From NCBI GenBank assembly GCA_000092065.1, contig CP000581.1: DNA of 64,000 nucleotides; one strand, written 5' to 3'. Both the position numbers and the translations under genes were made by a program. The notes beneath the pieces were generated by a model. That model was not told the DNA's origin. It worked only from the letters and a program-made list of their open reading frames with translations, and made no database searches. Positions 44,445-54,935 of this stretch are shown piece by piece. Numbering within the stretch: the stretch's first letter is position 1; each line of letters opens with the position of its first letter. Source of the stretch: Ostreococcus lucimarinus. Its lineage: Eukaryota.

Positions 44445-47063
44445 CTAGAAGCCATCGATTGTGGACGCACTCACGCTCGATGACTCGTCGAAGCCGTCGT
44501 CGGGAATCGAGAACCCTTCCCCGGAGGTGAGCGACAAATCGGAGAGCGTCTCCGCGGCTCGTTGTTGCGCGCGCAGCACGCTCTTCGGCGGCGGCATCGG
44601 TGGCGGCGGCGGTGGCATCGGCGGTGGCGCCGGCGGTGGCGGAGGAACATCTTTCGCCGGATCGAGCAAAGAGTCGATCGAACCATCGTCGACTGGCTCG
44701 GGCGATGGCGACGGCTGCGCCGCGGCGAGCGCGACGTCCGCCGGCGCGGTGACGTTCGGAGACGGCGGCGGAGACGGCAAGTCCAGCCGGATCGGATCAC
44801 CAACCGGCGTCTTTTCTACGTCAGATACATGCGAGTGGCGAACAACGATGATTTCCTTGTCATCGTCGTTGTCGTCGTCGTCGTACGCGTCAGTGTCGAT
44901 TATTGACTTGAGCTTGGAACTCGCGCGCAAATAATCCTCCGTGGCGTCGGCGGCGGACGGCCCGCCGCGACTGCGTCGATGGCGGGCGTGATCGCTCTCC
45001 CCCACAGCCGCCGTCGACTGCCCCGCCACTGCACTCAAAAGTTTCAACATTTCCTTGGTTTGAATCTTCATCGTGTCTGGGCTATCTTTATCCTCGGCGG
45101 GCTTGTCCGGGAACTGGCTGTACGCGCGAATGAGACGCGCCGCATCCTCCTTGGAAGCGCCTTGCGGTAACTCGAGCGTGTCTTCGATCGAGTACCCGTG
45201 CGGGACCAGCGCGTGCTGCTTACGTTCGCTCGCGCTTCGCCCGGCCAAGTAATCGCTCAACGACCACGCTTTGATGTGCGAACCACCGTGGGGCATCTTC
45301 CATCCCCAAAAGAAACTCTGGATGCCGGCGCCCCGATACGCTTGCTCTTGATGCTCAAACATAATGTCCAAGACTTCCCTGTTCGAGCACGAGCGAGATG
45401 AGTCCGAAAACGTCGCCAGCGACCACTCCGATACGGCGAGATTTTGTACGCCGTACGTCTGCGCCGCCGCTCGGAAAGTACCGGCCCACTCGCCCGCGCG
45501 CTCGCCGACTTTTTGCGCGACGACGGATGGTTTGTCGTCGCAACTAAACGCGCACCCCGCGTTGGTGCCGCCCATGCATCCTGTGTACGACCACGCAAAG
45601 TAATGATGCACGTCTAACACCGCCCATGACTCGAGCTCTTTCACCGTGAATTGCGAACGCATCCAAGCCGCCATGTCCGCGACGTTCAGATCGAGCGTCT
45701 CGATCAAGTTGACGTACAGGTACGGGACGCGCTCGCCGTCGGGCACGCCGTCGTTGACGATTTCATCCTTGTACGTTTGCACAGCCTTGGCGAGCCAACG
45801 CAGAACCTTCGACCTTTGCGCCGGAAGGTTGTGCCCGGGCTCGTTCAGTAGCGTGATTCCGTGTACGGCGAGACGAGAGTCTTCCGGCAACGATTTGAAC
45901 CAGTTGAGCATGTTTCGAACGATGAGCAACCCCGTGCGACTGAGATCGTCGCGAGCGAACATCATCGGCGGATGCGGGAAAACGCCGTTGTACGTCCCAG
46001 CCGCCGCACCGCCGGGCATGCTGTGCAAATCAATCAACACCTTCAGCCCGGCGTTGCGAATTCGTTCGATCACCGCGTCTAAATCGGCGCCCGCCATGTT
46101 GACGAACAAGCGATCCGGGTACACGGGATCGACGAGGATGCGCTCGCCGCCGCGAGGCACCGTGGCCGGATCTCTCGCGAAAATGCTCCAAGACAGTGGC
46201 AATCGAACCATTTCGATCCCTTGCGACGCTATTTCTAATAAGTCTTCGTCCGTGATGTACTGCGCCCGATGCGCGGAGAAACTCGTCACCGCCGACTTCG
46301 CGCCAAAGTGCTTGACGAGCTTGTTGACTAAATCTCCCTCCGACGACCACGTGAACCCCAACGACGCGGCGTCGGGAAACATCGGCGGAAAACACACCCC
46401 GTTCTCGTCCCTGCGATCGGCGCTCACGTCGTGCGACGCGCCTTGCGCGAAGAACCACTCCTCTAAATGTAACCACCCGTGCAACGCCGCCCCCGTCGAT
46501 CTCCCCGCGTCGAACGTCGAGCTCGGGTGCGTCTTCGTCTCCTCGCCCTCCCACGCGCTATAACTCGACGTCATCGACGACGCGGTCTCTCCCGCGAGCG
46601 TCGCCGCGATCGACGCTCTCCCCGTCGCCTCGCCTTCGCCTTCGCCTCGCGTCGCCGCGTTCGCGTCCCGCTCGCTCGCGCGTTCGCGTTCGCGTCCATC
46701 TCCACCCTCCGTCGTCGTCGCGTTCCATCCGCCTCTCGTCCCGCGATGCCGCGCCATCACCAGCGCTCGCAATCCTCCCCCATCGCTCGACGTCGCGCTC
46801 GCGTACGCGCGCGCGCCGACCAGGACCGCCGCCGCCGCGAGCGGCGCCGCGCACGCGCACGCGCTCGCCCATCTTCCCCGCCCTACGCGCCCGCGCGCGC
46901 CCGTTCCCTCCCCCTCGCGCCCCGGCCCTCGACCGACGGCGTCACCCGCGCGAAACGGCCCGAAAAACCGCGCCCCGGGCCGTCGCTCGCCCCTCGACGC
47001 GTCGCGCCGCGCGTCAACACCATCGCCCCGCGTCGGCATCAATCTCGAGCGTTCGTTCGCCAT
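44445..47063 (-). CDS. Glycoside hydrolase family 5 (GH5) enzyme with proline-rich C-terminal tail
   Basis: GH5 core: IEMVRLPLSWSIF, LKVLIDLHSMPGG, GITLLNEPGH (NEP catalytic acid/base), VLDVHHYFAW. C-terminal PPPPPAPPPMPPPPPPMPPP tract. Start uncertain (ATG at 47063 chosen; the listed 47651 is GTG within an Arg-rich artefact). Confidence 0.65.
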   Translation of the reverse strand: MANERSRLMPTRGDGVDARRDASRGERRPGARFFGPFRAGDAVGRGPGREGEGTGARGRVGRGRWASACACAAPLAAAAVLVGARAYASATSSDGGGLRALVMARHRGTRGGWNATTTEGGDGRERERASERDANAATRGEGEGEATGRASIAATLAGETASSMTSSYSAWEGEETKTHPSSTFDAGRSTGAALHGWLHLEEWFFAQGASHDVSADRRDENGVCFPPMFPDAASLGFTWSSEGDLVNKLVKHFGAKSAVTSFSAHRAQYITDEDLLEIASQGIEMVRLPLSWSIFARDPATVPRGGERILVDPVYPDRLFVNMAGADLDAVIERIRNAGLKVLIDLHSMPGGAAAGTYNGVFPHPPMMFARDDLSRTGLLIVRNMLNWFKSLPEDSRLAVHGITLLNEPGHNLPAQRSKVLRWLAKAVQTYKDEIVNDGVPDGERVPYLYVNLIETLDLNVADMAAWMRSQFTVKELESWAVLDVHHYFAWSYTGCMGGTNAGCAFSCDDKPSVVAQKVGERAGEWAGTFRAAAQTYGVQNLAVSEWSLATFSDSSRSCSNREVLDIMFEHQEQAYRGAGIQSFFWGWKMPHGGSHIKAWSLSDYLAGRSASERKQHALVPHGYSIEDTLELPQGASKEDAARLIRAYSQFPDKPAEDKDSPDTMKIQTKEMLKLLSAVAGQSTAAVGESDHARHRRSRGGPSAADATEDYLRASSKLKSIIDTDAYDDDDNDDDKEIIVVRHSHVSDVEKTPVGDPIRLDLPSPPPSPNVTAPADVALAAAQPSPSPEPVDDGSIDSLLDPAKDVPPPPPAPPPMPPPPPPMPPPKSVLRAQQRAAETLSDLSLTSGEGFSIPDDGFDESSSVSASTIDGF

Positions 47064-47357
47064 CGCGACGCTCGCGCGCGTCCGTCGTCGCTCGCGTTCG
47101 ATGGTTCGACGCGCGCGCTCGCGCTCGCGCTCGCGTCGCGTCGCCGCGGCGCGCGCTCGCGCGCTCGCGTCTCGCGTCGCTCGTCGCGCGGGTGTTGCGA
47201 CGGTCGCGGTCGCAGTCCGTGTGTAAACCCTAGTAATGAATGAATGTTCCGTGTGTGAACCACAACTCATGAGACTCGTCGGCGCCGCCGTCGCGCGCGC
47301 GCGCACACGCCGACGCGCGATCGCCCGCGCGGACGGCGCGCCGACCGGCTCGACGCG

Positions 47358-48839
47358 ATGGACTCCGAGTTCTGGGGGTGCGTCATCCCCGCGGGACGCG
47401 CGGTGCGCGTCGAAGTCGCGACGGACGAGGAGTACGTGCACGTCTCGCAGGCGGCGCTCGGCGCGGACGCGCGCGCGGGACGCACGACGGTGACGCTCGC
47501 GGTGGCGGACGACGCCGAGGCGAGCGGCGCGAGGGACGGGGCGCGACACGCGCTGTGCGCGCTGACGCGCGACGCGTGCGATCAGGTCGGGATGGACGTG
47601 GCGATGGACGCGAGCTTCGTGCTGCGAGCGACGGGACCGAACGACGTGCACGTGACGGGATGGCGGACGGCGAACGATGGGATCGACGAGGAGGAGGAGG
47701 CGAGGACGCTGGAGGCGATGGCGAGGGAGACGTCGAGCGAGGAGAGCGAACGGGAGAGCGAGGATTCGTCGGACGACGAGGACGCGGCGGAGGACGGGGA
47801 CGAGGAGGCGACGGACGACGAGAAGATGGACGCGGACTCGAGCGACGAGGAGGAGGAGGAGGAGGAGGAGGAGGAGGACGACGACGACGACTTTGAGACG
47901 CCGTACGACGTCGATAATTTGCCGAGCGACGGCGATTTATTCAGCGACAGCGAATGTGACGACGATAAGGCTTTCGCGAAAGCTATGGGTGTCGATAGCG
48001 AGGACGATCTCGAGAGCGATGAAGAGGAGGAATCCGATTCCGATTCCGAACCTGCCGTTCCGGAGCGAGACGCCGTGGTCAAGGTCGTGGGCGGGGATTC
48101 AGACAGCGAGGACTCGGACGAAGAGGAGTCCGACAGCGAAGAATCCGACAAACCGGTCAAGACGCTCGATCGATCGCCCGCGCTCAGGGACAAGCGCCAG
48201 AAACCCGACGAGTCCGAGTCGGAGTCCGAGTCGGAGTCCGAGTCGGAGTCCGACAAACCGAAAAAGAATGCGGAAGCGAGCGATTCCGACGAGTCCGAGT
48301 CAGAATCCGACAGCGACGAGTCGGATGGCGACGACGAGGACGAAAAATCCGCGTCCGAGCGCTCGGATGACAGCGAAAGTTCTTCCGACGTCGACGATTC
48401 TTCAGAAAGCGACGGTGACGACGCGGCAGAGGCAAATGACGATAGCGATTCCGATGACGCTGACAGCGACAGCGACGACGAATCGTCCGATTCGGACGTT
48501 TCTGAAGACATCAACGTCATCAAATCTGCAACCAAGCGGTTGGCCGAGACCTCGACGCCGAGCGGGTCGGCGAAAAAGCAAAAGAAGGAAAGCACGCCTG
48601 CGTCCGCAAAGGCACCGACGACGCCCAAGACGCCGACGACCGATACGAAGATGAACAGCGACGAGTACGCTAATCTTATTGTCGACTATCTCAAGGCGAA
48701 CCCCGAGACGATGATGTCCGCTCTCGGTGGACGCGTCAAGAAGCCGAAGAACTTTCCGCTCAAGCTCGGAGAGTTCATCAAAAGCAGAAAGGATTTATTC
48801 ACGATCGACGGCGCGTACGTTCGTCTCGTTAAAAAGTAA
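47358..48839 (+). CDS. HD2-type histone deacetylase / nucleoplasmin-like nucleolar protein, acidic-serine-rich, with C-terminal DEK_C-like basic domain
   Basis: ATG at 47358. MDSEFWGCVIPAGRAVRVEVATDEEYVHVSQAALG... matches plant HD2/HDT N-termini (MEFWGIEVKSGKPVTV...IHVSQASLG). Long D/E/S tracts (e.g. ESESESESESESD). C-terminal DEYANLIVDYLKANPETMMSALGG...LKLGEFIKSRKDLFTIDGAYVRLVKK. Confidence 0.65.
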   Translation: MDSEFWGCVIPAGRAVRVEVATDEEYVHVSQAALGADARAGRTTVTLAVADDAEASGARDGARHALCALTRDACDQVGMDVAMDASFVLRATGPNDVHVTGWRTANDGIDEEEEARTLEAMARETSSEESERESEDSSDDEDAAEDGDEEATDDEKMDADSSDEEEEEEEEEEDDDDDFETPYDVDNLPSDGDLFSDSECDDDKAFAKAMGVDSEDDLESDEEEESDSDSEPAVPERDAVVKVVGGDSDSEDSDEEESDSEESDKPVKTLDRSPALRDKRQKPDESESESESESESESDKPKKNAEASDSDESESESDSDESDGDDEDEKSASERSDDSESSSDVDDSSESDGDDAAEANDDSDSDDADSDSDDESSDSDVSEDINVIKSATKRLAETSTPSGSAKKQKKESTPASAKAPTTPKTPTTDTKMNSDEYANLIVDYLKANPETMMSALGGRVKKPKNFPLKLGEFIKSRKDLFTIDGAYVRLVKK

Positions 48840-48900
48840 CTCACAACTCGAACGTAGCATGATAGCTATAGTCGTGTGCGCATCATCTTTGTGGCGTCAT

Positions 48901-49398
48901 TTATCGATCAATCACCTCCGAATCGCTCGCGTCGTCTTGGAATTCGTCAGAAATAAAACTCCAATCGGAGGGCGCCATCGAAACTTCGTCTTCGTCTTCA
49001 TCATCGTCGGCTAAACGGTCGTTCTCGAGAGGAATAGACATCGCTAACGCGTGTTCGACGCCCATGTCACTCGGTATCGCGGGTTCCACTTCGACTACTC
49101 GCCACGCCTCGCGCGCTTCTCGTTCTTCTCGTAATCTTTGCGAGCGCTCGACGAGCGACTTCGCCGCGAGCAACAGCCCCGCGACAGCCAGTGGCGTGTG
49201 TACTAGTACGTGCAAGAACCGCGCGAGCTGCGTCGCGCTGACGCTGCACGACACGGACAGACCGAGCGGATTGAAGACCTCGGCGCGCGCGCGACAAGGT
49301 CGCGTTGCGCCGTTCAAACCGCCGCCGCACAAGTTCAAGAGCGCGCGATCGTTCGTGAACACGAACGTCGGTCGCAGTTTACGCAAGAATGGAAGCAT
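48901..49398 (-). CDS. Hypothetical protein with central hydrophobic helix and acidic C-terminal tail
   Basis: MLPFLRKLRPTFVF...FLHVLVHTPLAVAGLLLAAKSLV...DDDEDEDEV. No family assigned. The ATG at 49398 was chosen over the Arg-rich upstream part. Confidence 0.25.
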   Translation of the reverse strand: MLPFLRKLRPTFVFTNDRALLNLCGGGLNGATRPCRARAEVFNPLGLSVSCSVSATQLARFLHVLVHTPLAVAGLLLAAKSLVERSQRLREEREAREAWRVVEVEPAIPSDMGVEHALAMSIPLENDRLADDDEDEDEVSMAPSDWSFISDEFQDDASDSEVIDR

Positions 49399-49741
49399 CT
49401 GATCCCGTTTTAGCGAAAGCACGCTCGCGCGCGCGGGCGACCGACTTCGGCTTCGACTTTGGCCCGCCGCCTCGCGCGGCGAGTCTTCTCTGGAGGCTCT
49501 GTTGGAGTTGTCGTTATCCGTGCGCGGCGAACGCGCGCGCGCGATGCGCGGAGGGGGCTGGAAGCGGTTAGACATTGACTGCCTTTTGACGGAGGTGACG
49601 GCGCGCGCGCCGTGTAGTGGCGCGGTGCGGTGATTTGCACGTGGTGGCGCGCGCGTTTGGATTCTCGTCGTCGCGCCGACGATCGCTCGCACGCTTCGCG
49701 GTGATGTTACAAATGCCTCGTTATCGTGCCGATATTACATA

Positions 49742-51436
49742 TTAGTTTTGCGCGTCGATAAACTTTGCGGGCACGCCCATGTTCTTACGGAGTAAGTCCG
49801 CGAGCTGGATGACGACGTGGCCCTGTATGGAGAGTTCCTTTCCGTGATCGTGCTTGCCCGGTAAATCGTCGATCGAGACGGATGCGGAGAACTCCTTCTT
49901 CAAGATCGCGGCGAGTTCTTCAGGCAAAATGCAAAAGGTCTCCATGCCACTGATTCGCGTGATGTATTTACGACGTCCACGGTCTTCTGCTTTTATGACG
50001 ATTGGCTTGAGACTGCCCTTCTTCACGAACTCTGTCGTCTCGCCGTTGCGCGTCGATTGCACCACAACGTGGGGCTGAAGCTTACCGATGAGACGTTCGA
50101 ACAGGTCATCGAGCGGGTACAGGGAGTCCGTACCGTACTCAACCTCTTTCTTGTTGAATAATTCCTTCCCAAGTAAAGTATCGAGCTTTACTTCGCTCCC
50201 GGGCTTGCCATCGCCGAGCGCGTTGGCGACGACGTATTTCGACAACGCGGCGTGCGCCTCGGTCTTGGTGTAAAGCCGTTCCTTATTCTCGATCGCCCAC
50301 TGTCCAAAGATAGGACGATACATTGTGGAAGCCCTGTACCGCTTCTGCACTTCGATCGTCGCCGAGCCGATCGGCGGCGCGATTGCGTCCGACTCGATCG
50401 AAACCTCCGGCGTAGACGCGACGGCGTACTTGGCTAACAACGCGTGCTCGCGCTCGATGGCAACGATATTCTCAATCTTATGCACCAACTTTGTTTTGAT
50501 CAACTTGTGTTTCTTCTCCATGACGCTGAATAACTTTGCCTGCTTCTTATAAGTCGAGTGCTTCAAGTCGAGCTGCACGCCCTCCGGTCGCGCGGGAAGC
50601 ACAAAGTTCGCGTAAAAGTTCTCACATCGCATGGGCAATTCCGCATCGCTCACCTTGTTCGCCCCGATCGCGAAGCATCGCTCGAGCATCGCGTCCATCT
50701 TTTCAGGAGTGCTCACGTCGTGAATTTCTTCCTCTTCCGCGCCTGGCGCCGTCTCACTCAACGTCATCGCGCCAATCGCCGCCGCCACCGTCTCGGGCGC
50801 CTTATCCTCCTCCAAAATCAAAGCCGGCGTCTCCGGCGCCACTTCTCCCGTCTTGTAAATCCTTCCTCGCGAGAACGCCGCGGAGGGCGCCGATTTGTCC
50901 CCCAACGCCCACACCGCGTCTCCGTACGCGTGCGCGAGCCGCACGCCGACGCCCTTCATCCCGCTCGCAACCGCGCGCGCGGCGTCGCACCCAATCACTC
51001 CGACCGCGAACGGAATGTCGTTCCCGGTCACGTAGACAGCCGCTAACTCGTTCTCCGTCCAAGCAGAGACGTCGCTCGTGACGCCCGGCAGCATCAAGTC
51101 AGCGCCGCCCAACACCTTCGGCGACACCTCGCTGTGCGTCTCGACGCGCGCGAGCGCGTGCGCGTCGCCGAGCGCCCACAGGGCGTACACCGTGGGAAAC
51201 ATCTCGTATCGCCCGCCCGAGGGGTCGAAGAAGAGCGGAACACCGTCCACGACGTACACTAAGGCGCGGTTCGACATGCGAATGCTGTCGACGCTCGCGC
51301 CCTTTTTCAGCAGCGCGTCGACGCAGCGCTCACCCATGGCGCGGGCGAGTTCTATTTTGAGCTTTTTGACGTCGGCGCCACCGACGCGGGTGGCGACGCC
51401 CTTGACGGTGGCTTTGCGGAAGGCATCGAGTTGCAT
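49742..51436 (-). CDS. EIF2D: Eukaryotic translation initiation factor 2D (ligatin)
   Basis: ATG at 51436. MQLDAFRKATVKGV... resembles the eIF2D N-terminus (MFAKAFRVKSNTAIKG). PUA-like region present. C-terminal SUI1 domain (KPIVIKAEDRGRRKYITRISGMETFCILPEELAAILKKEFSASVSIDDLPGKHDHGKELSIQGHVVIQLADLL). Confidence 0.75.
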   Translation of the reverse strand: MQLDAFRKATVKGVATRVGGADVKKLKIELARAMGERCVDALLKKGASVDSIRMSNRALVYVVDGVPLFFDPSGGRYEMFPTVYALWALGDAHALARVETHSEVSPKVLGGADLMLPGVTSDVSAWTENELAAVYVTGNDIPFAVGVIGCDAARAVASGMKGVGVRLAHAYGDAVWALGDKSAPSAAFSRGRIYKTGEVAPETPALILEEDKAPETVAAAIGAMTLSETAPGAEEEEIHDVSTPEKMDAMLERCFAIGANKVSDAELPMRCENFYANFVLPARPEGVQLDLKHSTYKKQAKLFSVMEKKHKLIKTKLVHKIENIVAIEREHALLAKYAVASTPEVSIESDAIAPPIGSATIEVQKRYRASTMYRPIFGQWAIENKERLYTKTEAHAALSKYVVANALGDGKPGSEVKLDTLLGKELFNKKEVEYGTDSLYPLDDLFERLIGKLQPHVVVQSTRNGETTEFVKKGSLKPIVIKAEDRGRRKYITRISGMETFCILPEELAAILKKEFSASVSIDDLPGKHDHGKELSIQGHVVIQLADLLRKNMGVPAKFIDAQN

Positions 51437-51606
51437 CTATGGCGAGGCGGCGAATGCGGCGCGCGAGTCGCGTCTCGCGCGATTCGAGCGATGCGATGCG
51501 CTGTGTGTTTGTGACAATTCGTGTATTCGTGTATTGAGAATGATGAATCGGGGCGCGGTGTATCGAGAGAGGCACGCGCGCGTTGACTCCGGGTGATGGT
51601 GTTGTT

Positions 51607-54054
51607 TTAGTTGCCCGCGAGGAACAAGCCTTTGCCCGAGTTTATCGACATGAAGAAATCGCAGAAAACCAAGGAAATGATGGCCATGAGCTTCATGAGA
51701 ATATTCACCGCGGGACCGGATGTGTCTTTCAAGGGATCACCCACGGTGTCACCGATGACGGCAGCCTTGTGGCACTCGCTACCCTTGCGTTGACGAACGC
51801 TAATGAGTTGTGGCGAACCGTCGACATTTCGCACGATGGCGCCGGTGTACGGACCTTCGACCGGATCCGAGTGCGCTCGCTCGCGCTTGGGGACGTCGAT
51901 GTACAATCCGCCCTTCTCGACAAACTTTTTCGCGTTATCCCAAGCTCCGCCCGTATTACTGGCGGAGATGGCGAGCTGCACACCTGACGCGAGGCCTCCG
52001 GCGAGAAGACCCGTGACGGCGCGAACGCCGAAAAAGGTTCCCGTGATGATCGGGGCCAGGATGACCAAAGCCGCGGGCGGTACCATCTCGCGAAGGCTCG
52101 CATCGGTGCTAATCTTGATGCAGCGCGCGTGGTCGGGCGGGGCGTGACCGGGCGTGCCTTCGAGAAGACCCGGAATGGTGTCGAATTGACGCTTGACTTC
52201 CTTGACCATTTCCATCGCGGCGATGCCGACGGACTTCATCGTCATAGCGCTGAACCAGTACGGCAACATGCTACCAATCAACAAGAAAGCGAAAACCGAT
52301 GGATTGAGGAGATTGACACCATCCTCCAGCGCGCCCGATCGCGTGACGAACGCGGCAGTAAGCGCGAGAGAGACCAAGGCAGCTGAACCGATGGCGAAGC
52401 CTTTACCGATGGCTGCCGTCGTGTTACCTGCGGCATCCAGCGCATCCGTCTTTTCGCGCACGTCATCAGGCATGCCAGCCATTTCAGCGATACCTCCAGC
52501 GTTGTCACAAATCGGCCCGTACACGTCGATGGTGAGACAAGTCGAAAGCGTTCCAAGCATGCCGAGCGCGCACAACGCGACGCCATACATGTCCATGAGA
52601 GAAAACGACAGCCACACGCCGAATGCGAGCACGCATACAGGAACGATGGTGGATTTGTACCCAAGGGCCAGACCGTAAATGATGTTTGTCGCGGCGCCGG
52701 TTTCCGTCGAGCGAGCGAGCTCGCGAACGGGAAAGTATGAGTGCGAAGTGTAGTATTCAGTGATGAAACCGATGATCAATCCACCCCACAAACCAGAGGC
52801 AATGCACGCAAACGCGGCATTGGCGCCGTTCGAGATGCACTTACTGCTCGTGTCACCAACGCAAGCGGTGTTAAAAGTGTTGCCGCCGAGGTAGAACTGA
52901 TCAGGCATGTACATGTAGCAGATGGGGTACATGCACACCGTCATCGCGATCGTACTGAGCGTGAGCTGCATCTTGAGTACTCGCTCGATGCTGATCTCGT
53001 TACGCACGGGTTGCACATCCGTCGCGACGAATGACACGGCGATACACACGAGGATACCCACGGCGGATATGTACAGCGGGAAGATGACAGCATCCCAACC
53101 AGCTCTCACGAGATCCGTGGACTGCGCACCGATGACGAGAGCCGCGCACGTAGCTTCAGCGAAAGAGCCAAACAAATCGCTACCCATACCCGCAACATCG
53201 CCAACGTTGTCACCCACGTTATCGGCAATCGTCGCCGGGTTACGCGGGTCGTCCTCAGGAATGCCGGCGACGACTTTGCCCGCCAAATCCGCGCCGACAT
53301 CCGCCGCCTTGGTGTAAATACCACCACCGACGCGGCCGAACATGGCGATCGCGCTCCCGCCGAGCCCAAAACCAGCGATGCACTCGAACAGTTTTATCGC
53401 ATCGGATTCGAACGAGTACGCCACGCTGAACGTCAACATCAAAAAGTACATCACCAAGAGCCCGAGACCGCTGAGCGCGAACCCCATGACGCCGCCGCCT
53501 CGGAACGCGGCGTTGAAACTTTCCTTCCACGCCATGCTGTCCGGAGTGATGCTCGCCATGACACAGCATCGTGCGTTCGTGTAGGTCGCCACCATCATCC
53601 CGATATACCCGGAAATCATGCTCGTCGCCCCTCCCGCGACGAACGCGAACGCCGTCAAGAACCCAACCTTCCCTTCGAACCCTGACGCGCCGTTCGACAC
53701 GAGCACCGCGATCACCGCCCCAAATACGGCGATGAACATCACGCACATCCTGTACTCCGCCGCCAAGAACGCCTTGGCGCCTTCCTGAATGTCCCGGTAA
53801 ATCACCCGCACCTTCGTCAGCGCGTCCCCGCCGTACGACTCCCCGGTCTCCATCCTTCGCATCAGCGCCTCATCCCCGCTCTCTTCCGCTTCGGAATAGT
53901 GTTCGCTACGACTCAACGAGCTCGAGCTCTGCGGGCGAGGCACGGTTTGCGCGAGGTGCAGGGAAATCTTGCTCAGCTTGCGCGTGAACAGCCAAAACGC
54001 GAAAAAGATTCCCGCGAGCGCGGGCGCGATGACGAGCACGGATCCGCTCGCCAT
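51607..54054 (-). CDS. H+-translocating inorganic pyrophosphatase (V-PPase)
   Basis: Start moved to the ATG at 54054 (MASGSVLVIAPALAG...). GGIYTKAADVGADLAGKV, DNVGDNVGDVAGMGSDLFGS, about 16 TM helices. Classic V-PPase signatures. Confidence 0.85.
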   Translation of the reverse strand: MASGSVLVIAPALAGIFFAFWLFTRKLSKISLHLAQTVPRPQSSSSLSRSEHYSEAEESGDEALMRRMETGESYGGDALTKVRVIYRDIQEGAKAFLAAEYRMCVMFIAVFGAVIAVLVSNGASGFEGKVGFLTAFAFVAGGATSMISGYIGMMVATYTNARCCVMASITPDSMAWKESFNAAFRGGGVMGFALSGLGLLVMYFLMLTFSVAYSFESDAIKLFECIAGFGLGGSAIAMFGRVGGGIYTKAADVGADLAGKVVAGIPEDDPRNPATIADNVGDNVGDVAGMGSDLFGSFAEATCAALVIGAQSTDLVRAGWDAVIFPLYISAVGILVCIAVSFVATDVQPVRNEISIERVLKMQLTLSTIAMTVCMYPICYMYMPDQFYLGGNTFNTACVGDTSSKCISNGANAAFACIASGLWGGLIIGFITEYYTSHSYFPVRELARSTETGAATNIIYGLALGYKSTIVPVCVLAFGVWLSFSLMDMYGVALCALGMLGTLSTCLTIDVYGPICDNAGGIAEMAGMPDDVREKTDALDAAGNTTAAIGKGFAIGSAALVSLALTAAFVTRSGALEDGVNLLNPSVFAFLLIGSMLPYWFSAMTMKSVGIAAMEMVKEVKRQFDTIPGLLEGTPGHAPPDHARCIKISTDASLREMVPPAALVILAPIITGTFFGVRAVTGLLAGGLASGVQLAISASNTGGAWDNAKKFVEKGGLYIDVPKRERAHSDPVEGPYTGAIVRNVDGSPQLISVRQRKGSECHKAAVIGDTVGDPLKDTSGPAVNILMKLMAIISLVFCDFFMSINSGKGLFLAGN

Positions 54055-54359
54055 GGCGCGCGCGGTCGTCGCGTTCACGATCTTCGCGCGACCCGGGGTG
54101 CGAGCGCGAGAGAGCGCCGCGTCGTGGTCTGCGGCGCGCGAGATCTGGATTAGTGTGAAGGCGCGTGTGGATAGGACAGCCGGCGGAGACGGCGCGGCGA
54201 AGCCGAAACGCGCCGCCGCGCGCGCCGCGCGCGCGTCGACTCGGAACGCGCGGCTCCGGCGATGTCGAAAAGAACTAAAGGTATGTTACAAGATGGATGT
54301 CGCGCGGACGCGACGCGGACGCGACGCGACGTCGATTCCGCGACGCGCGAAGCGGCGGC

Positions 54360-54935
54360 TCACGCGCGCGAGGCGTCGTCTATGACCTTCAACAGCAGCG
54401 CGTAACACCGTTTTTTGCGCTCGATGGCGACGTCCAACTCGCCGAGATGCGCGGTTTCTTCGGCGATCGCCTTTTTGAGGCCCTCCGCGATGGACGCGCT
54501 CTCCGCTCGACTCGGGTACTCGCCGCACGCCCGCACGGCTTCGTCGCGCGCCGTTCGAAACGCCCGTTCCCGCACCGTTTCGTGTAACTTGCCCTTCAAC
54601 TCCGCGTCCTGAGACTTTAACTCTCGCGTCTTTGCCGCCAAGGCCTCCTCTTCGTCGTCGTACGATTCCATCTGTGTTCGATTCGCCGCGACGACGGTCG
54701 AGTACCGTCCCATGCTGAATTCATACGTGTCTAATTCCGTCAAAAACGCCTCCTGAGCGGCGTCCAGGCCCTCGCCACCGGCATCGATCGCATCGTTCAA
54801 CGCAAAAAAGGTCTTGACGAGCTTGCGGAGCGGGTAATCCTTCCCGGGTTGCAGCGTCGCCGTTTGTTCGATAATTTTTTGTTTGATGATGGCTTCCTCC
54901 TCGGCGGTGATGACGAGCTGTTCTTTCGGCGGCAT
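54360..54935 (-). CDS. THOC7: THO complex subunit 7 (THOC7/Mft1)-like coiled-coil protein
   Basis: ATG at 54935. KLVKTFFALN...YEFSMGRY...IERKKRCYALLLKVIDD aligns with human THOC7 (LLVKSFIKWC...CEFSMGKT...LELRRKQFHVLLSTIHE). Confidence 0.55.
   Translation of the reverse strand: MPPKEQLVITAEEEAIIKQKIIEQTATLQPGKDYPLRKLVKTFFALNDAIDAGGEGLDAAQEAFLTELDTYEFSMGRYSTVVAANRTQMESYDDEEEALAAKTRELKSQDAELKGKLHETVRERAFRTARDEAVRACGEYPSRAESASIAEGLKKAIAEETAHLGELDVAIERKKRCYALLLKVIDDASRA

Noticed and set aside
47378-48654. Arg/Thr-rich ORFs in alternative frames of the HD2-like gene (47378..47896 +, 47677..48654 +, 47582..48628 -)
   Set aside because: Frame-shifted or antisense readings of the GAG/GAC-rich acidic repeat. 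The frame starting at 47358 has the conserved N-terminal domain.
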